Assembly: GCA_965206645.1 (NCBI GenBank)
Contig: CBDBKE010000002.1
Span: 32,001-96,000, forward strand
Source of the DNA: Terriglobia bacterium
GTDB taxonomy: Bacteria; Acidobacteriota; Terriglobia; JAJPHL01; JAPKYU01
Direction of reading: 5' to 3'
Length of the DNA stretch: 64,000 bases
Below are positions 30,867 to 40,010 of the stretch, piece after piece. The notes under the pieces are model-generated. The model was not told the origin of the DNA, ran no database searches, and saw only the letters and a program-made list of their open reading frames with translations. Numbering within the stretch: position 1 is the first letter of the stretch; each line of letters opens with the position of its first letter. A program made the translations under genes and the position numbers.

Positions 30867-31517
30867 ATGGTTCACGTCAAAATCTGCGGCATCACTGACC
30901 TGGCCAGCGCGAGTGTCGCCGTGGAGGCCGGCGCCAACGCCCTGGGCTTTAATTTCTGGCGGCCCGGGCGGCGCTACGTCCCGCCTGAGCAGGCCGCGGA
31001 AATTATTGCTGCACTGCCGCCGCAGATCTGGCCGCAGATCTGGAGAGTAGGCGTATTTGTGGATGAGGAGCCCGCCCGGGTGCTGGAGATCGCTCAAAAG
31101 GTCGGGCTGTCGGCGTTGCAGCTGCACGGATCGGAAAGCCCCGAATACCTGGAAGCGCTGCAGGACTACTTGAAGGTGAAGGCATTCCGCGTGGACCACA
31201 GCTTCGCGCCCGAGTTGCTGGCTCGCTACCGTGCCGATGCTTTCTTACTGGACGGCTCGGGAAACTCGCCCGGCGGCACCGGAACCGCCTTCGACTGGCA
31301 GCGCGCCCTGGCAGCTAAGCAGTTCGGCCGCATCGTTTTGGCTGGAGGCCTGACACCGGAAAACGTTGGGGAGGCCGTGCGGCAGGTGGCTCCCTGGGGA
31401 GTAGACGTGGCCAGCGGCGTCGAACGGGAACCCGGCAAGAAGGACCCCCATCGGGTGCGAGAATTCATCCGGGCTGTTCGGGAGGAGGAGAAGGCACAGG
31501 TGGGACAGGCGTCCTAG
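30867..31517 (+). CDS. trpF: Phosphoribosylanthranilate isomerase
   Basis: VKICGIT, VGVFV, QLHGSE, GGTG.AFDW, LAGGL.PENV and GVDVASGVE motifs. Confidence 0.96.
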   Translation: MVHVKICGITDLASASVAVEAGANALGFNFWRPGRRYVPPEQAAEIIAALPPQIWPQIWRVGVFVDEEPARVLEIAQKVGLSALQLHGSESPEYLEALQDYLKVKAFRVDHSFAPELLARYRADAFLLDGSGNSPGGTGTAFDWQRALAAKQFGRIVLAGGLTPENVGEAVRQVAPWGVDVASGVEREPGKKDPHRVREFIRAVREEEKAQVGQAS

Positions 31518-31578
31518 CCTGCGTCCCGTTCGTGAAGTTAGGGAATTATAAGTCGTGAAATTGGGCAACTGAGAAACT

Positions 31579-32805
31579 ATGCCGAAACAGGCAAAAAGCC
31601 AGGCACGCAGCCAGGCGAGCGGCCACGCAAGAGGCCCCGCAGGAGGACGGTTCGGCACCTTCGGGGGCCGCTACGTCCCGGAAACGTTGATGGCGCCCCT
31701 GGAGGAGCTGGAGCAGGCTTACCTCGAGGCGCAGCAAGACCCGTCCTTCCAGAGGGAGCTTGAAGAACTACTGCGCTTGTACGCCGGCCGACCCACCCCG
31801 CTATTTTTAGCGCGCCGTCTGGGGGAACACCTGGGTGGCGCGCGCATCTACCTGAAGCGCGAAGACCTGCTGCACACGGGTGCCCACAAGATCAACAACT
31901 GCCTGGGACAGGCGCTGCTGGCGCGGAGAATGGGCAAGCGACGCATCATCGCGGAAACCGGTGCCGGGCAGCACGGCGTGGCCACGGCCACCGTCTGCGC
32001 CTTGTTCGGCATGGAGTGTGTCGTCTACATGGGGGAGGAGGACATGGCCCGGCAGCGGCTCAACGTCTTTCGTATGCGTCTGCTGGGCGCCGAAGTCGTG
32101 CCGGTTGGCTCAGGCAGCCGGACCTTGAAAGATGCTATCAATGAGGCCATGCGCGATTGGGTCACCAACGTGGAGACGACCCACTACCTGCTGGGTTCGG
32201 TGCTGGGCGCGCACCCCTACCCGCTCATGGTGCGCGACTTCCAGAGCATCATCGGCCGTGAGGCGCGGGCGCAAATCCTGGAAGCCGAGGGCCGCCTGCC
32301 GGACCTGCTGGTGGCCTGCGTGGGCGGCGGCAGCAACGCACTGGGCCTCTTCCACGAATTTGTGGACGACCCCGCAGTCAAAATGGTGGGCGTGGAAGCT
32401 GGCGGGCGAAGCCCGGAACTGGGCGAGCACGCGGCTCGCTTCCACGGCGGCAGTCCCGGGGTGCTGCAGGGAACCTATAGCTACGTGCTTCAGGACGAGG
32501 ACGGCCAGATTGCCTCCACTCATTCGGTTTCAGCCGGACTGGATTATCCCGCCGTGGGCCCCGAGCACGCCTGGCTGTTCGAGCAAGGACGGGCCGAGTA
32601 TTGCTCCTGTTCCGATGCCGAGGCACTGCAGGCGTGTCGCACGCTGTCCGAGCTCGAAGGGATCATCCCGGCGCTGGAGCCGGCGCACGCCGTGGCCGAA
32701 ACTATCCGCCGCGCTCCCGGCGCGCGTGACCAGGTGTTGCTGGTGAATATCTCGGGCCGCGGCGACAAAGACATGGAAATCCTGCAGCGTGAGCTGCGGC
32801 TATGA
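31579..32805 (+). CDS. trpB: Tryptophan synthase beta chain
   Basis: [40 protein letters not shown] and SGRGDKD motifs. Confidence 0.98.
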   Translation: MPKQAKSQARSQASGHARGPAGGRFGTFGGRYVPETLMAPLEELEQAYLEAQQDPSFQRELEELLRLYAGRPTPLFLARRLGEHLGGARIYLKREDLLHTGAHKINNCLGQALLARRMGKRRIIAETGAGQHGVATATVCALFGMECVVYMGEEDMARQRLNVFRMRLLGAEVVPVGSGSRTLKDAINEAMRDWVTNVETTHYLLGSVLGAHPYPLMVRDFQSIIGREARAQILEAEGRLPDLLVACVGGGSNALGLFHEFVDDPAVKMVGVEAGGRSPELGEHAARFHGGSPGVLQGTYSYVLQDEDGQIASTHSVSAGLDYPAVGPEHAWLFEQGRAEYCSCSDAEALQACRTLSELEGIIPALEPAHAVAETIRRAPGARDQVLLVNISGRGDKDMEILQRELRL

Positions 32806-33650
32806 GCCGGATCGCAGACAGGTTTGTGGAGTTACGCAAGCGGGGAGAGATGGGGCTGGTGGCCTTCATCACCGCCGGGGACCCAGACCTGCGGGCCACC
32901 GCAGAATTCATCGTGGCGCTGGAGACAGCAGGCGTGGATGTGCTGGAATTGGGCGTGCCCTTCTCCGACCCGTTGGCTGACGGTCCGGTGATCCAGCGGG
33001 CCAGCGAGCGAGCACTGCGCTCGGGAACCACGCTGGCTGGGGTCCTCCGGACGGTGGCCGAAGCGCGGCAGCACGGCAGTCAGTTGCCGCTGCTGCTGTT
33101 CAGCTACCTGAATCCGATCCTTCGCTACGGCTTTGCCCGTTTCGCCAGCGAGGCTCGGCAGGCAGGGGCGGACGGCGTGTTGATCACCGACCTCAGCGTG
33201 GAGGAAGCCGACGCCTACCTGGACCAGATGCGAGAGGCGGAACTGGACACCGTCTTTCTAGCCGCGCCCACCTCCACCGGGGCGCGCCTTCGCCGCATCT
33301 GCCAGGTCTCGAGAGGCTTCGTGTACGCAGTCTCCCGCACGGGCGTTACTGGACCGCGCGAGGCGCTGTCAGCCCAGTTGTTGCCGCTGCTCGGTCGCAT
33401 CCGCGCCGCCACCGCATCGCCAGTGGCCGCGGGCTTTGGGATTTCGCGGCCTGAGCACGTCGAAGCGTTGCGCGGCCACGCCGATGCAGCAGTGGTGGGC
33501 AGCACTCTGGTGCAGGTGATCGAGCAGCACCGGTCGGCAGAACGGCTGGCCGAGCGCGCCCGCGAGTTGAAGCCGCGCGAGTCGAAGCCCAACGAATTGA
33601 AGAAAGGACGGGTGGGAGAGAAACTTGTGCCCGTGCCACCGAAACAGTGA
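32802..33650 (+). CDS. trpA: Tryptophan synthase alpha chain
   Basis: [35 protein letters not shown] and GFGIS motifs. Confidence 0.97.
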   Translation: MSRIADRFVELRKRGEMGLVAFITAGDPDLRATAEFIVALETAGVDVLELGVPFSDPLADGPVIQRASERALRSGTTLAGVLRTVAEARQHGSQLPLLLFSYLNPILRYGFARFASEARQAGADGVLITDLSVEEADAYLDQMREAELDTVFLAAPTSTGARLRRICQVSRGFVYAVSRTGVTGPREALSAQLLPLLGRIRAATASPVAAGFGISRPEHVEALRGHADAAVVGSTLVQVIEQHRSAERLAERARELKPRESKPNELKKGRVGEKLVPVPPKQ

Positions 33651-33691
33651 GAATCGTCTGGGGGCTTTAGCCGCCCCGCACCTGGAGCAGC

Positions 33692-34039
33692 ATGGATCTC
33701 AACGACTGGCGCACAAAAATTGACGAGGTGGACCGCAAGCTGGTGGCGCTGTTGAACCGCCGTGCACGCTACGTGCTGGAAATCGCCAGGCTGAAGAAAC
33801 CCCGGGGCCTGCCCATTTACGGGCCGCAACGCGAGAAAGAGGTTTTCCGTAATGTGGCCTCGGCCAATGGCGGCCCTTTGGATCAGGGAGCCTTGCGCGG
33901 CGTGTTCAAGCGCATCCTTTATCAGAGTCGCTCCATTCAGCGCCTGGCCATGAAACCGACGGGACGCGAGGAGCTGAATCGGGCCACCGGACCGGTCCGA
34001 ACAGGCGGGAAGAAAAAAAGAAGAAAGAAAGCCAGGTAG
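33692..34039 (+). CDS. Chorismate mutase (AroQ type)
   Basis: WRTKIDEVDRKLVALLNRRA...LK...PIY.PQREKEV. Confidence 0.9.
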   Translation: MDLNDWRTKIDEVDRKLVALLNRRARYVLEIARLKKPRGLPIYGPQREKEVFRNVASANGGPLDQGALRGVFKRILYQSRSIQRLAMKPTGREELNRATGPVRTGGKKKRRKKAR

Positions 34040-34154
34040 AAGACGGGCATCCCTGCCTGTCCCTGGACCGAACCTTGCTCTCCCAGGGTATGTGCGCTGC
34101 CAGTCACAGGTTGGCGGCCAGCGGCTTGCCGTGGCACAATCGGAAGCGGAAGTG

Positions 34155-35051
34155 ATGAAGCGCGTCACCATTCTCGGCGTTGGCCTGATCGGCGGTTCCC
34201 TGGGCATGGCTCTGAAGAAGCATGGTTTCCAGGGTGTCATCGCCGGGGTGGGACGGCGCGTCACGCTGGAGAAGGCACTGGCAGCCGGCGCGATTGACCA
34301 GGCTTACGAGGAGCTGGAACCCGGGGTCCGCGGCGCCGACCTGGTGTACTTGGCGACCCCGATTTCGACCATCCTGGACTTGCTGCCGCGCGTGCGCCAG
34401 GCTGCGGCGCCAGGAGCCCTGGTGACGGACGCAGGAAGCACCAAGACCCAGATCACGGACCGCGCCACCCTGCTTTTTTGCGACAGCCCGCAAAGCCCGT
34501 TGTTCATCGGCGGACACCCCATGGCCGGCAGCGAGAAACGGGGAGTGGAAAACGCCGAGGCGGACCTGTTCCGCGGCGCCTCCTACATTCTCACTCCCCT
34601 GCTGCGCGAGCATCTGGAAACGCTCATCGCACGAGAGTTCCGCGACTGGCTCGAGCGCATCGGCGCGAATGTGATGGTGATGGACGCCGAACTGCACGAT
34701 GAGGTGGTGGCCTGGACCAGCCACCTGCCACAGCTTGTGGCCACGGCGCTGGCCTCCACCGTTCTAGAGAGGCTGGTAACAGACGACCTCCCGCAGGCCG
34801 CCGGCGGCCTGGAGCTAGCCGGCGGCGGCCTGCGGGACACGACTCGGCTGGCCGAAAGCCCGTACTCGGTGTGGCGCGACATTTGTCTCACCAACACCGA
34901 CAACGTTGAGCAGGCACTCAACGCCATGCTCCAAAAACTAGAGCACTTGCGGGATAATCTACGCTCCCGCGCGCTGCAACCCGAATTCGAAGCCGGGCAG
35001 CAACTGCGGGAACGATTGAAGAACCTGCTGGAACGGGAGTCTCTTTCCTGA
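34155..35051 (+). CDS. tyrA: Prephenate/arogenate dehydrogenase
   Basis: GVGLIGGS, TDAGSTK, GGHPMAGSE, HD..VAWTSHLPQ and RDTTRLA motifs. Confidence 0.95.
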   Translation: MKRVTILGVGLIGGSLGMALKKHGFQGVIAGVGRRVTLEKALAAGAIDQAYEELEPGVRGADLVYLATPISTILDLLPRVRQAAAPGALVTDAGSTKTQITDRATLLFCDSPQSPLFIGGHPMAGSEKRGVENAEADLFRGASYILTPLLREHLETLIAREFRDWLERIGANVMVMDAELHDEVVAWTSHLPQLVATALASTVLERLVTDDLPQAAGGLELAGGGLRDTTRLAESPYSVWRDICLTNTDNVEQALNAMLQKLEHLRDNLRSRALQPEFEAGQQLRERLKNLLERESLS

Positions 35052-35218
35052 CAGTAGGCAGTATCTGGCAGGCAGACGCCGGAAGGTGGAAAGCACGGGG
35101 AGCAGTGTGAAAAGCGAATCGAGGAGCTGGCCGTCCGACGGGACGGGGCCGGCTGAGGCGGCGATCCGAGATTCGGGACCGCACCAGCGCCAGGCCCCCC
35201 GAGGCCAAAGAGGCTAGC

Positions 35219-35532
35219 ATGGAGATCCGCTCGATTGTGGTTTTGACGCTACATAGCCCAAAGGAAAAATCTGGGGTGAACTGGTGGCGCTGACGTCCGC
35301 CGGTATCACCGTGCGAGGAATTGAGCTGAATTCGTTTGACGAGGTGCTGCGTCAGATTGCCGCTGGCGAGGCCGGAGTTGGCGTGCTCTCCACTGTCTTT
35401 TACCCTATTCATCGTGTAGAGCGGATGGCGATGGACGAGACGGTAGGGGGGATTCCCTCCCTGGCGGAACGGTTTGAGAGAAAGGTTGGCCTTACGGTGG
35501 GGGAATTTCTGCGCGCTGGAGGGGACCTTTGA
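35219..35532 (+). CDS. Conserved hypothetical protein (~104 aa) with an apparent 1-nt frameshift
   Basis: MEIRSIVVLTLHSPKEK joins IWGELVALTSAGITVRGI...FYPIHRVERM if the A5 run at 35265-35269 is A6. Confidence 0.65.
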
Positions 35533-36122
35533 CACCAGCAGGACGTCCTCGCCAGGTTCTCAACCTGCCGAACTCGCTGACCCTGCTTCGGCTGGCCGTC
35601 CTTCCGCTGATCCTCTTTTTCCTGGTGAACGACGACCTGACGTGGGCGCTGCGGTTGCTTCTAGTTGCGGGCATCTCCGATGCCCTGGACGGCCTCCTAG
35701 CCCGCCGGCTCCGGCAAAAGACACAAGTGGGCAAGTACCTGGATCCGCTGGCCGACAAGCTGTTGCTCAGCTCTTGCTTTCTGGTTCTGGCCTGGAACGG
35801 GCGGGTGCCCTGGCTGGTGTCCGGGCTGGTGCTGGCTCGCGACGTTACCATTCTGGTGGCGGTGATGGTGCTGTTTCTGGCCGCCGGGATTCGTCCGTTC
35901 ACTCCCACGACCCTCGGCAAAGCCAACACGGCCGTGCAGATAGCCGCGATCTTTGCCGTTCTACTGGAGGCGGTCTACGGCTCCGGGTGGTTTCGCCAGG
36001 GGCGCGGAGTCCTCTTGCTGCTGACACCTGTGCTGGTTGTGGGAAGCGGCTTGCAGTACGCTCTGCTGACCGCGCGCAGGTTGCGGAGGCGCCCCAGCCC
36101 GCTACCTGCGGCTACCCGCTAG
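35529..36122 (+). CDS. CDP-alcohol phosphatidyltransferase (PgsA-like)
   Basis: NLPNSLTLLR and SDALDG.LAR...GKYLDPLADK motifs. Confidence 0.92.
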   Translation: MTPAGRPRQVLNLPNSLTLLRLAVLPLILFFLVNDDLTWALRLLLVAGISDALDGLLARRLRQKTQVGKYLDPLADKLLLSSCFLVLAWNGRVPWLVSGLVLARDVTILVAVMVLFLAAGIRPFTPTTLGKANTAVQIAAIFAVLLEAVYGSGWFRQGRGVLLLLTPVLVVGSGLQYALLTARRLRRRPSPLPAATR

Positions 36123-36163
36123 TTCTGGAGAGGAGAGAACCCCCTGGGACACTTGACCGAGAT

Positions 36164-36598
36164 TCAGCCGCCCGGGCCGTCGGCGGTGAGGTAGTTCTCC
36201 ATCGAATCCAGCTGCTGAGTCAGGTCCTCCACGCGGGTTTGGAGCAAGTTGCGGACGGAGAGAATGCCCACAACCCGGCCCTCGGAATTCAGGATGGGCA
36301 GGTGGCGAAAGTGACGCTCGATCATCACCCCCAAGGCTTCTCCAGCCGTCGTATCCGCGGTGGCCGACTCCACTGAGGCGCTCATTACGTCCATCATCTT
36401 GGTGGTCGCTGGATCGTGTCGAGCCAGCACAACCCGCAGCATCACGTCTCGTTCGGTAAAAATCCCCGCCAGCCGATCGCCTTGAACCACTGCTACCGCT
36501 CCCACCCGTTTGCTGACCATCACCTGGACGGCTTCCAGCACGGTTGTCGTCAAACTGACCACAGCTGGTGGTACGCCGGCAATTTTCAGGATCTCCAT
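36164..36598 (-). CDS. CBS-domain protein
   Basis: VGAVAVV..GIFTERD and FRHLPI...GILSVR motifs. Confidence 0.92.
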   Translation of the reverse strand: MEILKIAGVPPAVVSLTTTVLEAVQVMVSKRVGAVAVVQGDRLAGIFTERDVMLRVVLARHDPATTKMMDVMSASVESATADTTAGEALGVMIERHFRHLPILNSEGRVVGILSVRNLLQTRVEDLTQQLDSMENYLTADGPGG

Positions 36599-36718
36599 GG
36601 ATTAGAAGCCTTTCTCCGCTTGCCCCTCAGTGTAGTGGAACCGCCTGGGCCGGTAAAGACCATTCTGTGCGGGGCTTGTTCCATAACGGCACCTTATCCT
36701 ACTGATCAATTTTTCTCC

Positions 36719-36747
36719 TTGCAATCCTCGTGTGATTGTTCTACTCT
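36719..36747 (+). promoter_or_regulatory. Sigma70 promoter for the Cys leader and TSUP-cysH
   Basis: TTGCAA-N17-TACTCT. Confidence 0.7.
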
Positions 36748-36756
36748 ACTCGTGTC

Positions 36757-36822
36757 GTGATTGATTTAGCTAGTTCATTCCTGAGTAGCTGTTGTAGCCC
36801 GCCCATGTGCCGTGGCGGGTAG
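36757..36822 (+). CDS. Cys-containing attenuator leader peptide MIDLASSFLSSCCSPPMCRGG
   Basis: GTG 9 nt after the -10; TGT TGT and TGC codons placed on the first attenuator segment; lies upstream of sulfur-assimilation genes. Confidence 0.75.
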   Translation: MIDLASSFLSSCCSPPMCRGG

Positions 36823-36859
36823 TGCCTCCTTTTAGGTAGTTGGTTTCGCTTTAATTCCA

Positions 36860-36896
36860 GCCCGCCCGGTAACATCATGGGCGGGCATTTTGCTTT
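36860..36896 (+). terminator. Conditional (attenuator) terminator
   Basis: GCCCGCCC/GGGCGGGC stem followed by ATTTTGCTTT. Confidence 0.8.
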
Positions 36897-37124
36897 CCAG
36901 GGCCAGTCGAGAGCAACGCCCCCCGGACGGAAGCCAGCGGGACTTCTGCGGGGATGGATGAGGTTAGCAAACGAAGCTGTGCGGAATCGAAAACAGTCCA
37001 GAGGCCAGGACCAGCCCAGCGGTCGGCACCAGAGTGCTGGGCGCAGCCAGCCCGGCGCGGGCCGCTACCCGGGTCCGTTGGACGCCCAACGCATCCGGGA
37101 GCGGCATGAGATGGGAGCTGCTGC

Positions 37125-37925
37125 ATGAACGGTATCGGCGTCCTGATTGGCCTGGTTAGCGGAACTGTGGTAGGCGCCAGTGCCATTGGAAGCGGCTCCT
37201 TGGTGATTCCGCTGCTCTTGCTGTTCACCCCGGCGTCTGCGGGCACGGTCGTGGGGACCAGCGTGGCGCTGGCCACCGTGACCAAGCTCGCCGGTTACCT
37301 GTCCCATCGGCGGTTGGGGAACGTCCATCTGGGCCTGGGCCGGTGGCTCATCCTCGGCGCCGTGCCCGGGACGGCGGCTGCAGCCCTGTTGCTGTCCCGC
37401 GTGCAAGACGTCGTGCTGGTCAACGGTCAAGCGCGGCAACTATTTGGCCTGCTGCTCATCATGCTGGCACTTGTGCTGCTGGCCGCGACCGCGCGTCCCT
37501 TTAGCCTGGCTACTCCAGCACCACCCAGCGAGCAGCCGGCCAGCGAGCAGCCAGAACCTGTCGGCCGCGACATGCGCGTGTTTGCCTTATTGGTGGGCGC
37601 CGCCATTTCCTTTGCCGTAACGTTGACTTCGATTGGTAGTGGCGGCCTGTTGATGCTGGCGCTGCTGCTATGGCGGCCCGCCTGGCTGGGCCAGTTGGTG
37701 GGAACGGCCACCTTCTACGGCCTGATTGCCACACTGTTCGGTACGGTGGCCCACTTGGCTCTTGGAAACATTGATCTCTACTTGCTCGTGCCACTGGCGG
37801 CGGGCTCCATACCCGGGGTGCTGTTCGGCTCTCGGCTCACCCGGCGGATTCCTGAAGTCTACTACCAGACCGGTATTGCGGCCTTGACCCTGGCCTTGGG
37901 CCTGCGCCTGGCATGGGCGGCATGA
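37125..37925 (+). CDS. Sulfite exporter TauE/SafE (TSUP) family membrane protein
   Basis: Duplicated G...G.S.IGSG..L / LTSIGSGG halves, VGT motifs and GSIPGV..GS. Confidence 0.88.
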   Translation: MNGIGVLIGLVSGTVVGASAIGSGSLVIPLLLLFTPASAGTVVGTSVALATVTKLAGYLSHRRLGNVHLGLGRWLILGAVPGTAAAALLLSRVQDVVLVNGQARQLFGLLLIMLALVLLAATARPFSLATPAPPSEQPASEQPEPVGRDMRVFALLVGAAISFAVTLTSIGSGGLLMLALLLWRPAWLGQLVGTATFYGLIATLFGTVAHLALGNIDLYLLVPLAAGSIPGVLFGSRLTRRIPEVYYQTGIAALTLALGLRLAWAA

Positions 37926-37950
37926 GAGTCGCATACCGGAAGGAGCACTG

Positions 37951-38640
37951 ATGACCATCGCTTTGGACAACATTCCCCAACTGGCGATGCGGTTCGAAAC
38001 CGAACCGCCGGAGGCGCTGCTGGAGTTTGCCTATTCCCAGTTCGACGAGCGCATGGCGCTCGCCTGTAGCTTCGGCGCCGAAGATGTGGTGCTGGCCGAG
38101 ATGGCGGCGCGCGTCCATCCGGGCGCGCGCGTCTTCTACCTGGACACCGACTTCCTCTTTTCTGAGACCCATACCGTGCGCGAGCGCATTGCCGCGCAGT
38201 ACCCGCTGAAGATCGAAGCCTGCCGCCCGGCGCTGACGCCGGAGGAGCAGGCGTCGCGCTTCGGGGAAGCACTTTGGACCCGCCAGCCCAACCAATGCTG
38301 CGGCATACGCAAAGTCGAGCCGCTAACAGCTCACCTCTCCAAGCTGTCGGCCTGGATTACCGGCGTCCGCCGCGACCAGGCTCCCACGCGCGCGAACACG
38401 CGCAAGGTGGAGTGGGATGAAAAGTTCGGCCTGGTGAAGTTCAACCCCCTTGCGGACTGGACTTGGGATCGGGTCTGGGAACATATCCGGCTCCACAACG
38501 TCCCGTACAACGAAATGCACGACCACAACTACCCCAGCATCGGCTGCACCCACTGCACTCGCCAGGTGCTCCCAGGCGAGGACCCGCGGGCCGGGCGCTG
38601 GTCCGGCTCTGAGAAAACCGAGTGCGGCTTGCACAAGTAA
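37951..38640 (+). CDS. cysH: Adenosine 5'-phosphosulfate/PAPS reductase (4Fe-4S type)
   Basis: SFGAED, LDT..LF.ET, CCGIRKVEPL, WITGVRRDQ, SIGCTHCT and terminal ECGLH. Confidence 0.95.
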   Translation: MTIALDNIPQLAMRFETEPPEALLEFAYSQFDERMALACSFGAEDVVLAEMAARVHPGARVFYLDTDFLFSETHTVRERIAAQYPLKIEACRPALTPEEQASRFGEALWTRQPNQCCGIRKVEPLTAHLSKLSAWITGVRRDQAPTRANTRKVEWDEKFGLVKFNPLADWTWDRVWEHIRLHNVPYNEMHDHNYPSIGCTHCTRQVLPGEDPRAGRWSGSEKTECGLHK

Positions 38641-38898
38641 GATTCGGCTTGAATTCGGCCGGCCGGCCGGCAACACGATGGTTTTCTAGCGGGCCTCTGA
38701 ATCTCTACATCTCTCCGTTGGCTCAGGCGGGTTGGTGCGGCTTGGCAAGCCGGACTAGCGCAGGCGGGTAGGGCGCATTGCGGCGGGGCTTATTCGGGTC
38801 GAACAGCACCGCGACGATTTCCCCGCCTGCGTTGGATTCGGTAGACGTGGTCTTTCCGCTGACCGGGTTGCTTGCCAGGGCGCTTCTCTAATCACCCA

Positions 38899-39801
38899 TC
38901 ACCCTTCACTCTTCAACAGCCTCGGGCAAAGCTCCCGGACCAGTTTCAGGAACGCCTCCATCACCGGGCAGATGTCCTTGTCTCGGTGGTGAATCAGGCC
39001 CAGCTCCCGCACCAGCTTCAGGCCTTCCAGCGGGATCAGGCGCAGCGTGCCGTTGGCTGCCTCCTGCGCCGCGAAGCTTCGGCTGATCAGGGAAACTCCC
39101 AGCCCGACAGCCACGAATTTCTTGATGGCCTCGACGCTGGCCAGCTCCAGCGAGACGCGCGGCTCCAGGCTGCGGTTGGCGAACACCCGTTCGAACAGGG
39201 CCCGAGTGCGCCCGGTGCGAGGGAAGATCAGCCGGTGATCGGCCAACTGTTCCACCGTCACTGACCGCTGGCTGGCCAGCAGGTGCCTCGGAGGCACAAT
39301 CACGACCAGCTCGTCGCGGAACAGGGGCAGCACCGCCAGGTCCTTCTCGTCCACCGGCAACGAGACCACAGCGAAATCTAGCGTGTTGGCCAGCACGCGC
39401 TCCACCAGCTTGCGGGTGAAGTTACGGTGAATCCGCAGGCGCACTTCCGGATAGCGGGCACCGAAGGCGGCAAACACCGGCGGCAGCACGTAGAGCGAGG
39501 TGGCTTCGTTGGCCCCCACCGCCAGCCGCCCGCGCGGCACGTGACGCATCCGTTCCAGAGCTTCCTTGGCCTGGCGGCGCAGCTCGGCCAGTTGCTGGCA
39601 GTGCTCCAGCAGGATGCGCCCCGCCGTTGTCAGCTGCACCTGCTTGCCAGTCCGGTGGAACAGCTTCTGTCCCAGCTCCTGCTCGAGCGAGCGCACCTGC
39701 TTGGAGATCGCCGGCTGAGTCCGGTAGAGATGCTCGGCGGCCCGCGAGAAGCTGTTGTGCTTGGCAATCTCGATGATTGTGTCTATCTGGTCAAAATCCA
39801 T
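38899..39801 (-). CDS. LysR-family transcriptional regulator
   Basis: SFSRAAEHLYRTQPAISKQVRSLE HTH and E.IKKFVAVGLG motif. Confidence 0.95.
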   Translation of the reverse strand: MDFDQIDTIIEIAKHNSFSRAAEHLYRTQPAISKQVRSLEQELGQKLFHRTGKQVQLTTAGRILLEHCQQLAELRRQAKEALERMRHVPRGRLAVGANEATSLYVLPPVFAAFGARYPEVRLRIHRNFTRKLVERVLANTLDFAVVSLPVDEKDLAVLPLFRDELVVIVPPRHLLASQRSVTVEQLADHRLIFPRTGRTRALFERVFANRSLEPRVSLELASVEAIKKFVAVGLGVSLISRSFAAQEAANGTLRLIPLEGLKLVRELGLIHHRDKDICPVMEAFLKLVRELCPRLLKSEG

Positions 39802-40010
39802 CGCTGGTGTCAGGTCGTCAGATCCTGCTTGTTCCGAAATATGTCAATCCCGGACACTCGCGGCACCCGGAACCCATTTTCGGCACTTCCACTTTGCAGC
39901 TCTGGAAATCCACACAGCAAACCGCGACCCAAGCGTCCATAGAATTTCGCCGGGCCGGCTGTGCTGCGCCCGCTTAGTGCCCGCTTAGTGTATGATAGCC
40001 AACACCTCCC

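Noticed and set aside
36877-37128. 83-aa ORF between the attenuator and TSUP
   Set aside because: It starts inside the terminator hairpin, has low-complexity composition and resembles no family. The ATGA overlap with TSUP leaves a small chance that a shorter version is real.
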